DNA of 64,000 nucleotides, from the IMG/VR virus record IMGVR_UViG_3300048672_000430, positions 18,108-82,107 of that record; one strand, written 5' to 3'. The translations under genes and the position numbers were made by a program. This DNA comes from a virus. The notes beneath the pieces were generated by a model that had not been told where the DNA came from, searched no databases, and was given only the letters and a program-made list of their open reading frames with translations. Positions 25,861 to 34,286 of this stretch are shown piece after piece; positions within the stretch are counted from its first letter, which is position 1, and each line of letters begins with the position of its first letter.

Positions 25861-26448
25861 ATGATTAAGTCGGACACAATTACAAATCTAGCAGGTGCAC
25901 TAGTAAAAGCACAAAGCGAAATGGGTAACGCATCAAAAGGTGCAGCAAACCCTTTCTTCAAATCAAAGTATGCGGATCTTAACGCAATTAGAGAGGCATG
26001 TCTACCTGTCCTATCAAAACACGGTTTATCTGTCTTACAACCAACTGTATTCATCGATGGACGTAAGTTTGTTGAAACATTGGTTATGCACGAATCAGGA
26101 GAATTTATCGGAGGACACACTGAAATATTATCAGTAAAAGAACTAGATGCTCAGGCACAAGGTAGCGGTGTTTCGTACGCTAGACGTTACGGGTTACAAT
26201 CGTTATTATGTATCGGTGCAGAAGACGATGATGGAGAAGGAGCTATTGGTAGAAGCAAATCATATTCAAAGCCTACAACCGCAACAGTTACAACCAGCTC
26301 TACTATTGATACTAGTGCAGTAAAAACAACTAAGCCGGGTGGATTCGGTGTAAAGAAGAATGATTCATATGAAAAAGAAGAGGCAAAGCAATTAGAAAAG
26401 ATCGCACAAAAAGCTTTAGAATTACCAAATAACGATGGATGGGAGTAG
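25861..26448 (+). CDS. erf: ERF-family ssDNA annealing recombinase
   Basis: NPFFKSKYADL, QAQGSGVSYARRYGLQSLL, EDDDG. Confidence 0.9.
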   Translation: MIKSDTITNLAGALVKAQSEMGNASKGAANPFFKSKYADLNAIREACLPVLSKHGLSVLQPTVFIDGRKFVETLVMHESGEFIGGHTEILSVKELDAQAQGSGVSYARRYGLQSLLCIGAEDDDGEGAIGRSKSYSKPTTATVTTSSTIDTSAVKTTKPGGFGVKKNDSYEKEEAKQLEKIAQKALELPNNDGWE

Positions 26449-26639
26449 AATATGCAAAGACAAGTAGTAGTACCAATTGCTAATTATAAGACAATCAATA
26501 AATGGCTTAATAAAGGTTATGAAATAGGATATACTTTAAGTGATAAGCTTGTAGTGTTGAATTTAATAAGACCAAGAAATATGAACAATTTAAATGAACT
26601 AGTACAGGCAGAACCAGCAATGCTACGAGGAGGATACTA

Positions 26640-27107
26640 ATGACTGAAACAACAACTGTTACTGTGGAAAATAATGAAACTAAAGTAAACATTGAAGTAC
26701 CAAAGACTGATGCTAAAAAGATTGAACAAGAAATGTTACAAGCTGCGGAAAATCGTGCAATCGATCCGGCAGAATCGGCAGCGATGGTTTTTCATATGTA
26801 TAAACCAGAAGTATTAAAGCGTTTACCTTTATTATCTAGTAAGCAGATGCGTAGATTATTACGCAAGCTTATTGAGTATCCTTTGAACGAAGGTGAGTTA
26901 AAGGGCTTTAGTAAGCTTGAGAACGAGTTCTTTCTCTTATCAGATGCGATGTTACAGTCAAAATTTATCATGATGCAACAAACGTATATGGAAAGTGCGG
27001 AAGAATTAGTGAAGGCACAGGACGCAATGTTTAAGGGTGAGATAAAAGAAGAAGTAGAATTTGGATCTTCAAATGAAGAAGTTAACGAACAATTAAAAGG
27101 AGAATAA
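26640..27107 (+). CDS. Hypothetical protein
   Basis: GGAGG RBS. Confidence 0.6.
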   Translation: MTETTTVTVENNETKVNIEVPKTDAKKIEQEMLQAAENRAIDPAESAAMVFHMYKPEVLKRLPLLSSKQMRRLLRKLIEYPLNEGELKGFSKLENEFFLLSDAMLQSKFIMMQQTYMESAEELVKAQDAMFKGEIKEEVEFGSSNEEVNEQLKGE

Positions 27108-27108
27108 C

Positions 27109-27372
27109 ATGGCATACAAAAGATTAAAAATCGGTTCAATTTTAAAGTCAAGAGAGGAAGGGAAACCTGATTATATCAAAATCGATACTGATATAGTATT
27201 GAAAAAGGGTGACTCCCTAAGTCTAGAGAGTAAGAAATCTAAGTTAGCTTCTCTTGAAAAGAATATCGAAAACGGTAAACTTAGTGGTGATCTCGCTGAC
27301 AAAATTAGAGAAGGTATTGAAAAGATGCCAGAATTTGTTCGATTTGAAATTGTAAAAGTTACAAAAGATTAA
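27109..27372 (+). CDS. Hypothetical protein in the replication module
   Basis: AAGGAG RBS. Confidence 0.6.
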   Translation: MAYKRLKIGSILKSREEGKPDYIKIDTDIVLKKGDSLSLESKKSKLASLEKNIENGKLSGDLADKIREGIEKMPEFVRFEIVKVTKD

Positions 27373-27496
27373 TTTTCCCTAGCAAGGAAGTAAAACACAT
27401 ATGCCGGGTGCTTGTTGATCAACAAGGTAAATGTTAGAAAAATGAACTGACAGCCCTCCCCTTTTTTCAACAAATAAAATATTTAGAGGATTATCA

Positions 27497-29437
27497 ATGA
27501 AAGGAGATATGATGTATTTTAATATAAGAGATGGGTTGGCTAGTAGAGCAAAACTCGTCCCAGCAACAACAAAACTAACAGACGCAATTAAGAATGTAAA
27601 TAGAGACTATTATACTTCTTTGTATTTATATAATGAGAATCATAAAAAGATTCTAGAAGAAAGAGGAACATTGTCAGGAATTGCAGACGTTGTTACAAAT
27701 AGACTATTATTTGATTTTGACGACAAAGAGAATACTGAGAATGCTAGAATGGACGCTATTGAAGCAGCAAATCGGTTGCTAGCATCAGGTATCCCAGAAG
27801 ACGCAATAGTGCCTTATTTCAGTGGTAACAAGGGTTATAACATCGAAGTTACATTGAATGACTTTATTACCCCTGAAAAATTTGGTGCAATCGTAGACAG
27901 TATTGCTTCGGATCTTAAAACGTTCGATGTTGTAATTAGAGACGCACAAAGAGTTATACGTGTACCTGGCACTAAACACGATAAGTCAGAACTATACAAA
28001 ATTGCTTTAACGGCAGAAGAACTAATAAACCTAACAACAGATGAGATTAAAGAAATGGCTAAAACACCAAGACCTATTCCAACTAATGTAGTAAAGGTTG
28101 ATTTACCAGAAGAACTAAAAAACGTGAAACCTGCTGAGATTAAGCTTGAAAAGGTTGTTGGTGAATTAACATTTGATACTAGTACAATCGATATGAAGTC
28201 TAGACCAAAAGGTTTAGATGAAGCAAGATGGCTACTAAGTAATGGTTTTTTTAAGACAGGTGAAAGAAACTCAGCTATGTTATGTCTAGCTGCAACATAC
28301 AAGAATCAGAACTTTCCACAAGAAGTAACTAAGGGTATTTTAGATGGTGTAGCAGAATTACAATCATCTAGAACTGGTGAGGATAAGTTTCAAGAAAAAG
28401 AAATTGATTTAATCCTTAACCAAGTATACGGGCCGAACTGGAAAGGTGGTACATTTACAACTCGTGATCCTAACAATTGGTTAGCTAAATATGCTATGAA
28501 AATGAAGATCAATGTTAAGGAAGAGAATGGCCCAATGACTATTGATGGCATTGGTGATAGCTTTGCGACTTTCGTTCAAAACATTGAAAAGAATACAATC
28601 AAAACTGGTATCGAATCTTTAGATAAGACAATGCCAATTACTATTGGTAGTAATATCGGAATAGTAGCAGCGGCAGGAGCAGGTAAGACAGCACTAGCAC
28701 TAAAGATACTAAAGTATAACTCTCAAGCTGGAATACCTACAGTATTTGCTTCGTTAGATATGGTTAAGAATAGATTATTTGAAAAGGTATTGTATAATGT
28801 CACAGGGTTGACAAGAGAAGATTTATATGCTACATTTAAGAAAGGTGAGGGTCATAAGCTAGTAGATATGGTAAAAGCCCAGTATGGTAATGTTTATTTC
28901 TATGATAAGAGTGGTGCAACAGTTAATGATATTAAAAACTATGTTATGGAAGTAGAACAGAAAACAGGACAAAAGATTAAATTAGTTATGTTAGATTACT
29001 TTGAAAGAATTAATAGTGATATAAGTGATGCGACGGCTTCTAGTTCAAAGGTAGCTAATGAAATACAAGATATGATGAATGATCTTGACGTTGCCAGTAT
29101 TACTTTGTGTCAGCCTAATAAATTTAGCTTAGGTGGAGGCCCAGATACTGAGATTAAGAGTTATACAGCAATCAAAGGTGCATCTACATTGTATCAATCA
29201 TTCAGAGGGATTATATCGTTGAGTAGACCTTTTTATACACCAGAAACAAAAGACTTAGATAATTATATGATTATAAATGTTTTAAAGAACGATCTTGGTG
29301 AATTAGATAGATTAAAGTATGGATGGTCTGGTAAACGTGGTGATATTTACGAATTAGAAGATGTTGAGTTACAAGAATTTAATGATCTTTTAAAACAGAA
29401 AGAATCTAATAAAAAAGGAGAATCTGGATGGGAATAA
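27497..29437 (+). CDS. AEP primase - DnaB-like helicase fusion
   Basis: LLFDFDD, FSGNKGY, RVIRVPGTKH, GERN (PriCT-like), Walker A AAAGAGKT, ASLDM, Walker B VMLDY. Confidence 0.85.
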   Translation: MKGDMMYFNIRDGLASRAKLVPATTKLTDAIKNVNRDYYTSLYLYNENHKKILEERGTLSGIADVVTNRLLFDFDDKENTENARMDAIEAANRLLASGIPEDAIVPYFSGNKGYNIEVTLNDFITPEKFGAIVDSIASDLKTFDVVIRDAQRVIRVPGTKHDKSELYKIALTAEELINLTTDEIKEMAKTPRPIPTNVVKVDLPEELKNVKPAEIKLEKVVGELTFDTSTIDMKSRPKGLDEARWLLSNGFFKTGERNSAMLCLAATYKNQNFPQEVTKGILDGVAELQSSRTGEDKFQEKEIDLILNQVYGPNWKGGTFTTRDPNNWLAKYAMKMKINVKEENGPMTIDGIGDSFATFVQNIEKNTIKTGIESLDKTMPITIGSNIGIVAAAGAGKTALALKILKYNSQAGIPTVFASLDMVKNRLFEKVLYNVTGLTREDLYATFKKGEGHKLVDMVKAQYGNVYFYDKSGATVNDIKNYVMEVEQKTGQKIKLVMLDYFERINSDISDATASSSKVANEIQDMMNDLDVASITLCQPNKFSLGGGPDTEIKSYTAIKGASTLYQSFRGIISLSRPFYTPETKDLDNYMIINVLKNDLGELDRLKYGWSGKRGDIYELEDVELQEFNDLLKQKESNKKGESGWE

Positions 29438-29799
29438 CTAAATATGCAATAATAGATGAGATGGGTTATATACTTAAATCATCTGACGATATTGAAGAGA
29501 TCAAAAAAACCAAAGCAACTATGGATAATAGAAGAACTGGTAAATCTACTAGAACACTACTACACGCTCTGTCTGTTAATCCAGACAAGATTGTATATGT
29601 TGTAGCTATGAACCGTGAACATGCAAAACACTTGTTTGCAACATGTACTTCTTATTTGCGTGATCTTAAATTTGAGTTTGAATCAACAATAACTACTTTA
29701 AAAATTAAACCTTTAAAGTCGGCCGCTATAATCTTTTTAACAGAAGATAGACTTAGAGGAATGGTTAAACCGGATGTTATTTTATATGATTTGGAGTAA
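29428..29799 (+). CDS. Small protein with a P-loop-like fragment
   Basis: RRTGKSTR...LRG...ILYD. Confidence 0.5.
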   Translation: MGITKYAIIDEMGYILKSSDDIEEIKKTKATMDNRRTGKSTRTLLHALSVNPDKIVYVVAMNREHAKHLFATCTSYLRDLKFEFESTITTLKIKPLKSAAIIFLTEDRLRGMVKPDVILYDLE

Positions 29800-29921
29800 T
29801 TATGCAAATTAAAGTTATATGTATGGAAACCGGAAAATGGTTTATCACTACAGTCTCAATTAACGAAAATATCAATAAAATATATAATAAATGTGTTATA
29901 GAGAAAGTTTATCAATAAAAC

Positions 29922-29950
29922 TTGACAAATTAAATAAACTATGTTATAAC
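29922..29950 (+). promoter_or_regulatory. Sigma70 promoter, repeated-spacer class
   Basis: TTGACA AATTAAATAAACTATGT TATAAC. Confidence 0.72.
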
Positions 29951-29968
29951 TATATTAAGGAGTCAAAT

Positions 29969-30160
29969 ATGACGAGATTAAAATTAATTCCATCGAAAAC
30001 CGTGGAAGAACAAATCGAAGAAATCAATTTACCTAATTTTGAAATAAATGAAAATTTTGATGAGAATTGGTTTACTGAAACTATCAAACAACATGAAGAA
30101 GCTTTAAAGGTTTTAGATTGGTTTAAGGACGAAGATGACACTAACAATCCAGGAAATTAA
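29969..30160 (+). CDS. Acidic hypothetical protein
   Basis: Start moved downstream of the promoter; AAGGAG RBS. Confidence 0.55.
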   Translation: MTRLKLIPSKTVEEQIEEINLPNFEINENFDENWFTETIKQHEEALKVLDWFKDEDDTNNPGN

Positions 30161-30208
30161 TTGGATGGTTTATTTAGTATTCTTTTTGTTATTTTTTGCG
30201 AGTTTTGA

Positions 30209-30442
30209 ATGAAAGAACAACCAATAAGATGTCCTTTTCATAAAGGAATAATTATGATAGACGTTGAGTGGGCGGCTAAAAATGGACGAGTGTTTTGTGA
30301 AAGTTGCTGCAAAGCATTTCCAATTGAAGTTCAAAAACAAGAACCAGAAGTCGAAGAGATACTTAAAAAGTTTGATGAAGGTGTAAAAGAAATTTTAAAC
30401 GAAGAAGATGAAGATCCTAATTTTTATTGGGATAAATTTTAA
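30209..30442 (+). CDS. Zinc-ribbon protein
   Basis: CPFH and CESC. Confidence 0.55.
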   Translation: MKEQPIRCPFHKGIIMIDVEWAAKNGRVFCESCCKAFPIEVQKQEPEVEEILKKFDEGVKEILNEEDEDPNFYWDKF

Positions 30443-30452
30443 GAGGGTTATT

Positions 30453-30836
30453 ATGAAGAAATTAATTATGAGTTTATTTATTGTTGGTTTATTAGGATTA
30501 ACTTCTTGTGCTAGAGAAGCCGATGTTGCATCTGAAAATTTAAGCAGGTCTGCCGACTCTTTTGAAATTAATAGACGAATTGTATTCTATAATGGAGTTA
30601 CCGGAGATTATATCTTAACTATTGAAGGACTTTGTGCATTAGGTAATTTTGATAAAGAAAAAGAGCTAACTGTTACTTGTAAAACTGGAGCAAATCAGTA
30701 CAAAAAACATTTCCTAGGACTGTCAGATAACGTAACTTTTTTTGCAGAACAAATAGAAAGTGCTACAACTAGTATTTATCAATACAAAGTTATATTTAGA
30801 CCTAGTACTATTATTCCAGATATTGAGGTTAAGTAA
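30453..30836 (+). CDS. Conserved phage lipoprotein
   Basis: Lipobox LTSC; ADVASENLS...FEINRRIVFYNG...KKHFLGLSDNV. Confidence 0.75.
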   Translation: MKKLIMSLFIVGLLGLTSCAREADVASENLSRSADSFEINRRIVFYNGVTGDYILTIEGLCALGNFDKEKELTVTCKTGANQYKKHFLGLSDNVTFFAEQIESATTSIYQYKVIFRPSTIIPDIEVK

Positions 30837-31013
30837 TTATGAAAGACAACGATTTACTATTCATTCGTAAACAACGTGCAGAAATAGCTCATTTTATCCA
30901 TTACGAAATGACATCTGAAAACTGGAAAGAGAATAAAATATTAATTCAGATTTTAGAAAATATAGACTATCATTTAAAATTAAAAGATGCTGAATTTGAC
31001 GAGGTAGAATAAT

Positions 31014-31439
31014 ATGGAATTAATTGATATATTTGAAGAAGTTGCTGATCATGCTATGGAAAGATTGATGGAAACGGTTGCGTATTCAGGGAGATATTAT
31101 TCGTATTACTTAATTAATAACAATGTTTATCCTAATGTTCATTCTATTGAAATAGAGTACGATGTAAGCAAACCTTTTTTATTTAAAAAAGAAACATTAA
31201 CTATACAAATTAAAACTAGGACTAGAGAATTAACTGACATAGAAATAGTAAATGGTTGTTATAATTACCAGCAAACAGATATGGTAGTCTCGAAAAATAA
31301 AGAGTTAATATCTAAATTTAAAGAATTACAAAAAATGGGACACATGAGAGAGCTTGATAATGAATTAAAACGAAAACTACGTAGAGAAGAGGTAGTTAAA
31401 CAAGCGATTAAAAACTCAATATCTGGAGTTATAGAATGA
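31014..31439 (+). CDS. Hypothetical protein
   Basis: GAGGT RBS. Confidence 0.6.
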   Translation: MELIDIFEEVADHAMERLMETVAYSGRYYSYYLINNNVYPNVHSIEIEYDVSKPFLFKKETLTIQIKTRTRELTDIEIVNGCYNYQQTDMVVSKNKELISKFKELQKMGHMRELDNELKRKLRREEVVKQAIKNSISGVIE

Positions 31440-31733
31440 AATACTTATACTGTACTCTTGTGGGTGTATACTTAGGATTTAATTTTTGTATTTTATTAGA
31501 CAAAGATACTGAGAATAAAGAACTACAAGAAAGAATAGACTATAAGATTGAAAATGCTATGCTAAATTCATTATTAAACCAATGTAGGAAATTAAAATGA
31601 AATATTTATATTATATATTTAGATTATTTTTTACACCATCATGCAGTCACAAGTTTACTATCTACTCTACTGGATCTATTGAAAATTGCGAAGGTGTCCG
31701 AGTGGGTAATTTTTACAATCTTCAATGTACTAA

Positions 31734-32144
31734 ATGTGGAGATATTGTGAGAAGGAGTGTTCAGATATGAAAACTAGTGGATTCCGTGAAATTGACTTCA
31801 CAAAAATAGAATGTAAAAACTGTGGAATGAACGGTGTAGCTAACGTGGGAACAATGTATTTTTGTGAGACGGGTAAAATTCCTAGGATTAAATACACTAC
31901 AAAGCCGTTCAGTATAATGCCTGAAGTTGACTACATAGACTGCCCTAAATGCAATGGCACAGGCTATACAGATGAAACTGGCACAGAATTGGAGTTGGAA
32001 TTTAAAAACTCTACATGCGAAGAATTACCATATATACTAAAACCTTTATCAGAAAAAGAATTGAGAAATTATTTAGGAGAAGCTGAAGTTGAAAAGGTAT
32101 TAAATGCAAGACTTAAACTGAAGCTTACAACGGAGTTAGAATGA
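31734..32144 (+). CDS. Zinc-finger hypothetical protein
   Basis: CKNCG and CPKCNGTG; true start probably MKTS. Confidence 0.55.
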   Translation: MWRYCEKECSDMKTSGFREIDFTKIECKNCGMNGVANVGTMYFCETGKIPRIKYTTKPFSIMPEVDYIDCPKCNGTGYTDETGTELELEFKNSTCEELPYILKPLSEKELRNYLGEAEVEKVLNARLKLKLTTELE

Positions 32145-32398
32145 AAAGAAGTGAGATGGTGCAACATTTAATGGATACAGCAAAAGCACATAGAATGTGT
32201 ACTCCGTATAAAGAAGAAAAAGAATTTTGGGAAATCATGTTACATGAAATTGAAATGGCAGGTATGTTGCCTCCTCCAGATAAAGCAGAAGCTGTAACAG
32301 ATTTGATAGTGTACGCATATTATGGTGAAAGAGTGGAAAGTGATGGTTCATTAGATGGACTCGTTATCAGAAACAAACTGTGGGAACCAGAGGAATAA
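32141..32398 (+). CDS. Hypothetical protein, paralog of 32754
   Basis: MKRSEMV...IEMAGMLPP...WEPEE. Confidence 0.65.
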   Translation: MKRSEMVQHLMDTAKAHRMCTPYKEEKEFWEIMLHEIEMAGMLPPPDKAEAVTDLIVYAYYGERVESDGSLDGLVIRNKLWEPEE

Positions 32399-32400
32399 AG

Positions 32401-32757
32401 ATGAAGTTAATTATAGCAGGAAGTAGAGATTTACAAATGTTTGAAGAAGGGATATATTCTTTACTATGTGCTCATAAAATATATAGAAACCAATATACTG
32501 AGGTAGTATCAGGTGGGGCTGGCGGCATAGATAAATGTGGAGAATTTTTTGCAACACACTATAACCTAGATTTAAGAAGATTTCCTGCCGATTGGGATAT
32601 TCACGGTAAAGCAGCAGGGCCGATCCGTAATAGACAAATGGCTGAGTATGCAGATGCCCTACTATTAATTTGGGATGGAAAAAGTAGAGGCAGTGCTAGT
32701 ATGAAAAAAGAAATGGAGAAATTAGGTAAACCTATTTACGAGGTAATTATAAAATGA
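32401..32757 (+). CDS. SLOG-family (YspA / DUF2493-like) protein
   Basis: IIAGSRD, VSGGAGGID, FPADWDIHGKAAGPIRNRQM, WDGKSRGS. Confidence 0.85.
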   Translation: MKLIIAGSRDLQMFEEGIYSLLCAHKIYRNQYTEVVSGGAGGIDKCGEFFATHYNLDLRRFPADWDIHGKAAGPIRNRQMAEYADALLLIWDGKSRGSASMKKEMEKLGKPIYEVIIK

Positions 32758-33011
32758 AACGAAGTGATATGGTAGAAGAAATTACTCATATTCTAGACAT
32801 GGAAGCTGAAGAATTAGCCTATCCTTTTTTAGCTGAATTAATTTTAACCATAATAGAAAATAAAGGAATGTTACCTCCAACTATAACAAATCCAGAATTT
32901 AAAGATATAAACAATTGGCTAAAGCATTGTGATGAAGTAGCAAAAGGTACTGTATATGGATATTCTGTCGAAAGGAAACCTTTAGAGTTAAATATGTGGG
33001 AGGAAGAATGA
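32754..33011 (+). CDS. Hypothetical protein, paralog of 32141
   Basis: MKRSDMV...IENKGMLPP...WEEE. Confidence 0.65.
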   Translation: MKRSDMVEEITHILDMEAEELAYPFLAELILTIIENKGMLPPTITNPEFKDINNWLKHCDEVAKGTVYGYSVERKPLELNMWEEE

Positions 33012-33211
33012 GCGATACAAAACAATACTATATATTTAATGGTGGATTACCAGAAAATAGATACAAAGGAATGAAGTGTTATATTTCATTTGTATTTGAA
33101 TCAGATCCTAATTACGGTGTAATATGTTTTGATGATAAAGAAGTTGAAAAGAAAGGGCTTGGGTTGAGTTTTGAAGTTGCAGATTTAAGAAAGCTAGAGG
33201 AAATAGTATGA
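33008..33211 (+). CDS. Hypothetical protein
   Basis: GGAGG RBS; ATGA overlap. Confidence 0.55.
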   Translation: MSDTKQYYIFNGGLPENRYKGMKCYISFVFESDPNYGVICFDDKEVEKKGLGLSFEVADLRKLEEIV

Positions 33212-33350
33212 AAAAGTATAAGTCTCCTCGTAGGTTAAAAGTAAAGCCACCTAAAGTTATTCGTCACGCAAAAGAATATAATCGTAGGATCAATAAATTA
33301 GATTCAAAGAAAATACTAAAAGAAGTACTAGAAAAGTATAAGGAAAACTA

Positions 33351-34031
33351 ATGGACTATTTATCTGAAAGATACGGACTTATTACTGATAATGATACAGA
33401 AACCGAGAACGGACAATTATTTTTGGCTGAGTATCAGTTATTATTGGACTATAAAAAAGGTAGTGAAATTAATAAGATGTCGGCATTTATAACAATGTTG
33501 GAACAGTTACGAAATAGTTACGTAGAAGAGGGTCTCTATCACCGTAATCCTGATCTAATAAATAGACGTATAATGTCTCATGATAATTTATCAGGAATTA
33601 TGGCTTGGTCTAAGTATAATAATACAACACATAGATTTGAAATATGGGATTACCTGTTGAAGCACCTCGGTACTTATGATAATTCAAAGGGTAAATCAAA
33701 ACAACTATCTAGATTTTTACCATTCAACCCTAGTAATTTTTTTATTTGGGGACTATGTGCGGAATCTAAAATATACTTATTATTCTTACCTTTCTTTCTA
33801 ATTAACCTTATTTTAACTTGCAATAAGCCGCCAGGGAATACATCAGGTAAGATACTAGCTTGGGTTGAAATGTATTCATTAAGAGACCACTTTATTGTAA
33901 AGCACATATTCAAGTACTATGAAACTAAAATGAGACAACAATATGGTACTGATTATATTGAAGCTTTAATGAAGATTTATCACGGCTCAAATTCCAAAGA
34001 CTTCCCAATAAACAAAATACTTGACAAATAA
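33351..34031 (+). CDS. Hypothetical helical protein
   Basis: 226 aa ORF; AAGGA RBS. Confidence 0.65.
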   Translation: MDYLSERYGLITDNDTETENGQLFLAEYQLLLDYKKGSEINKMSAFITMLEQLRNSYVEEGLYHRNPDLINRRIMSHDNLSGIMAWSKYNNTTHRFEIWDYLLKHLGTYDNSKGKSKQLSRFLPFNPSNFFIWGLCAESKIYLLFLPFFLINLILTCNKPPGNTSGKILAWVEMYSLRDHFIVKHIFKYYETKMRQQYGTDYIEALMKIYHGSNSKDFPINKILDK

Positions 34032-34049
34032 CTAAACTTATGTTATCTT
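34021..34049 (+). promoter_or_regulatory. Sigma70 promoter TTGACA-17-TATCTT
   Basis: Extended -10 TG; upstream of the polymerase unit. Confidence 0.65.
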
Positions 34050-34067
34050 GTTAAAGGAGGATTTAAC

Positions 34068-34283
34068 ATGAAATATATTGTTTTATTATTTTTACTAGCT
34101 TCATGTGCTACAGATATGAGGACAAAAATACCTTGTGAGTTAGTACATAAAACCACTGTTCTAGGAAGAACATATTCTGAGTATTTATGTGAAGAAGAGA
34201 TTATCTGTAAAGATCCTTTAAATTGTTTTGTAACTTGTCATGAAGAAGTTGAAATCGGTAAAATTCGTTGTATAACGAGGTAA
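34068..34283 (+). CDS. Small Cys-rich lipoprotein
   Basis: Lipobox LASC; GGAGG RBS. Confidence 0.65.
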   Translation: MKYIVLLFLLASCATDMRTKIPCELVHKTTVLGRTYSEYLCEEEIICKDPLNCFVTCHEEVEIGKIRCITR

Positions 34284-34286
34284 TAT

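Noticed and set aside
27373-27470. Twister-sister or hammerhead ribozyme
   Set aside because: Conserved cores (GUGCAAG loop, CUGANGA/GAAA) are absent.
33008-33211. Further Q-YxF family members (33008; also 6719 and 20362)
   Set aside because: Only a partial pattern; they lack the N-terminal hydrophobic-x-Q strand.
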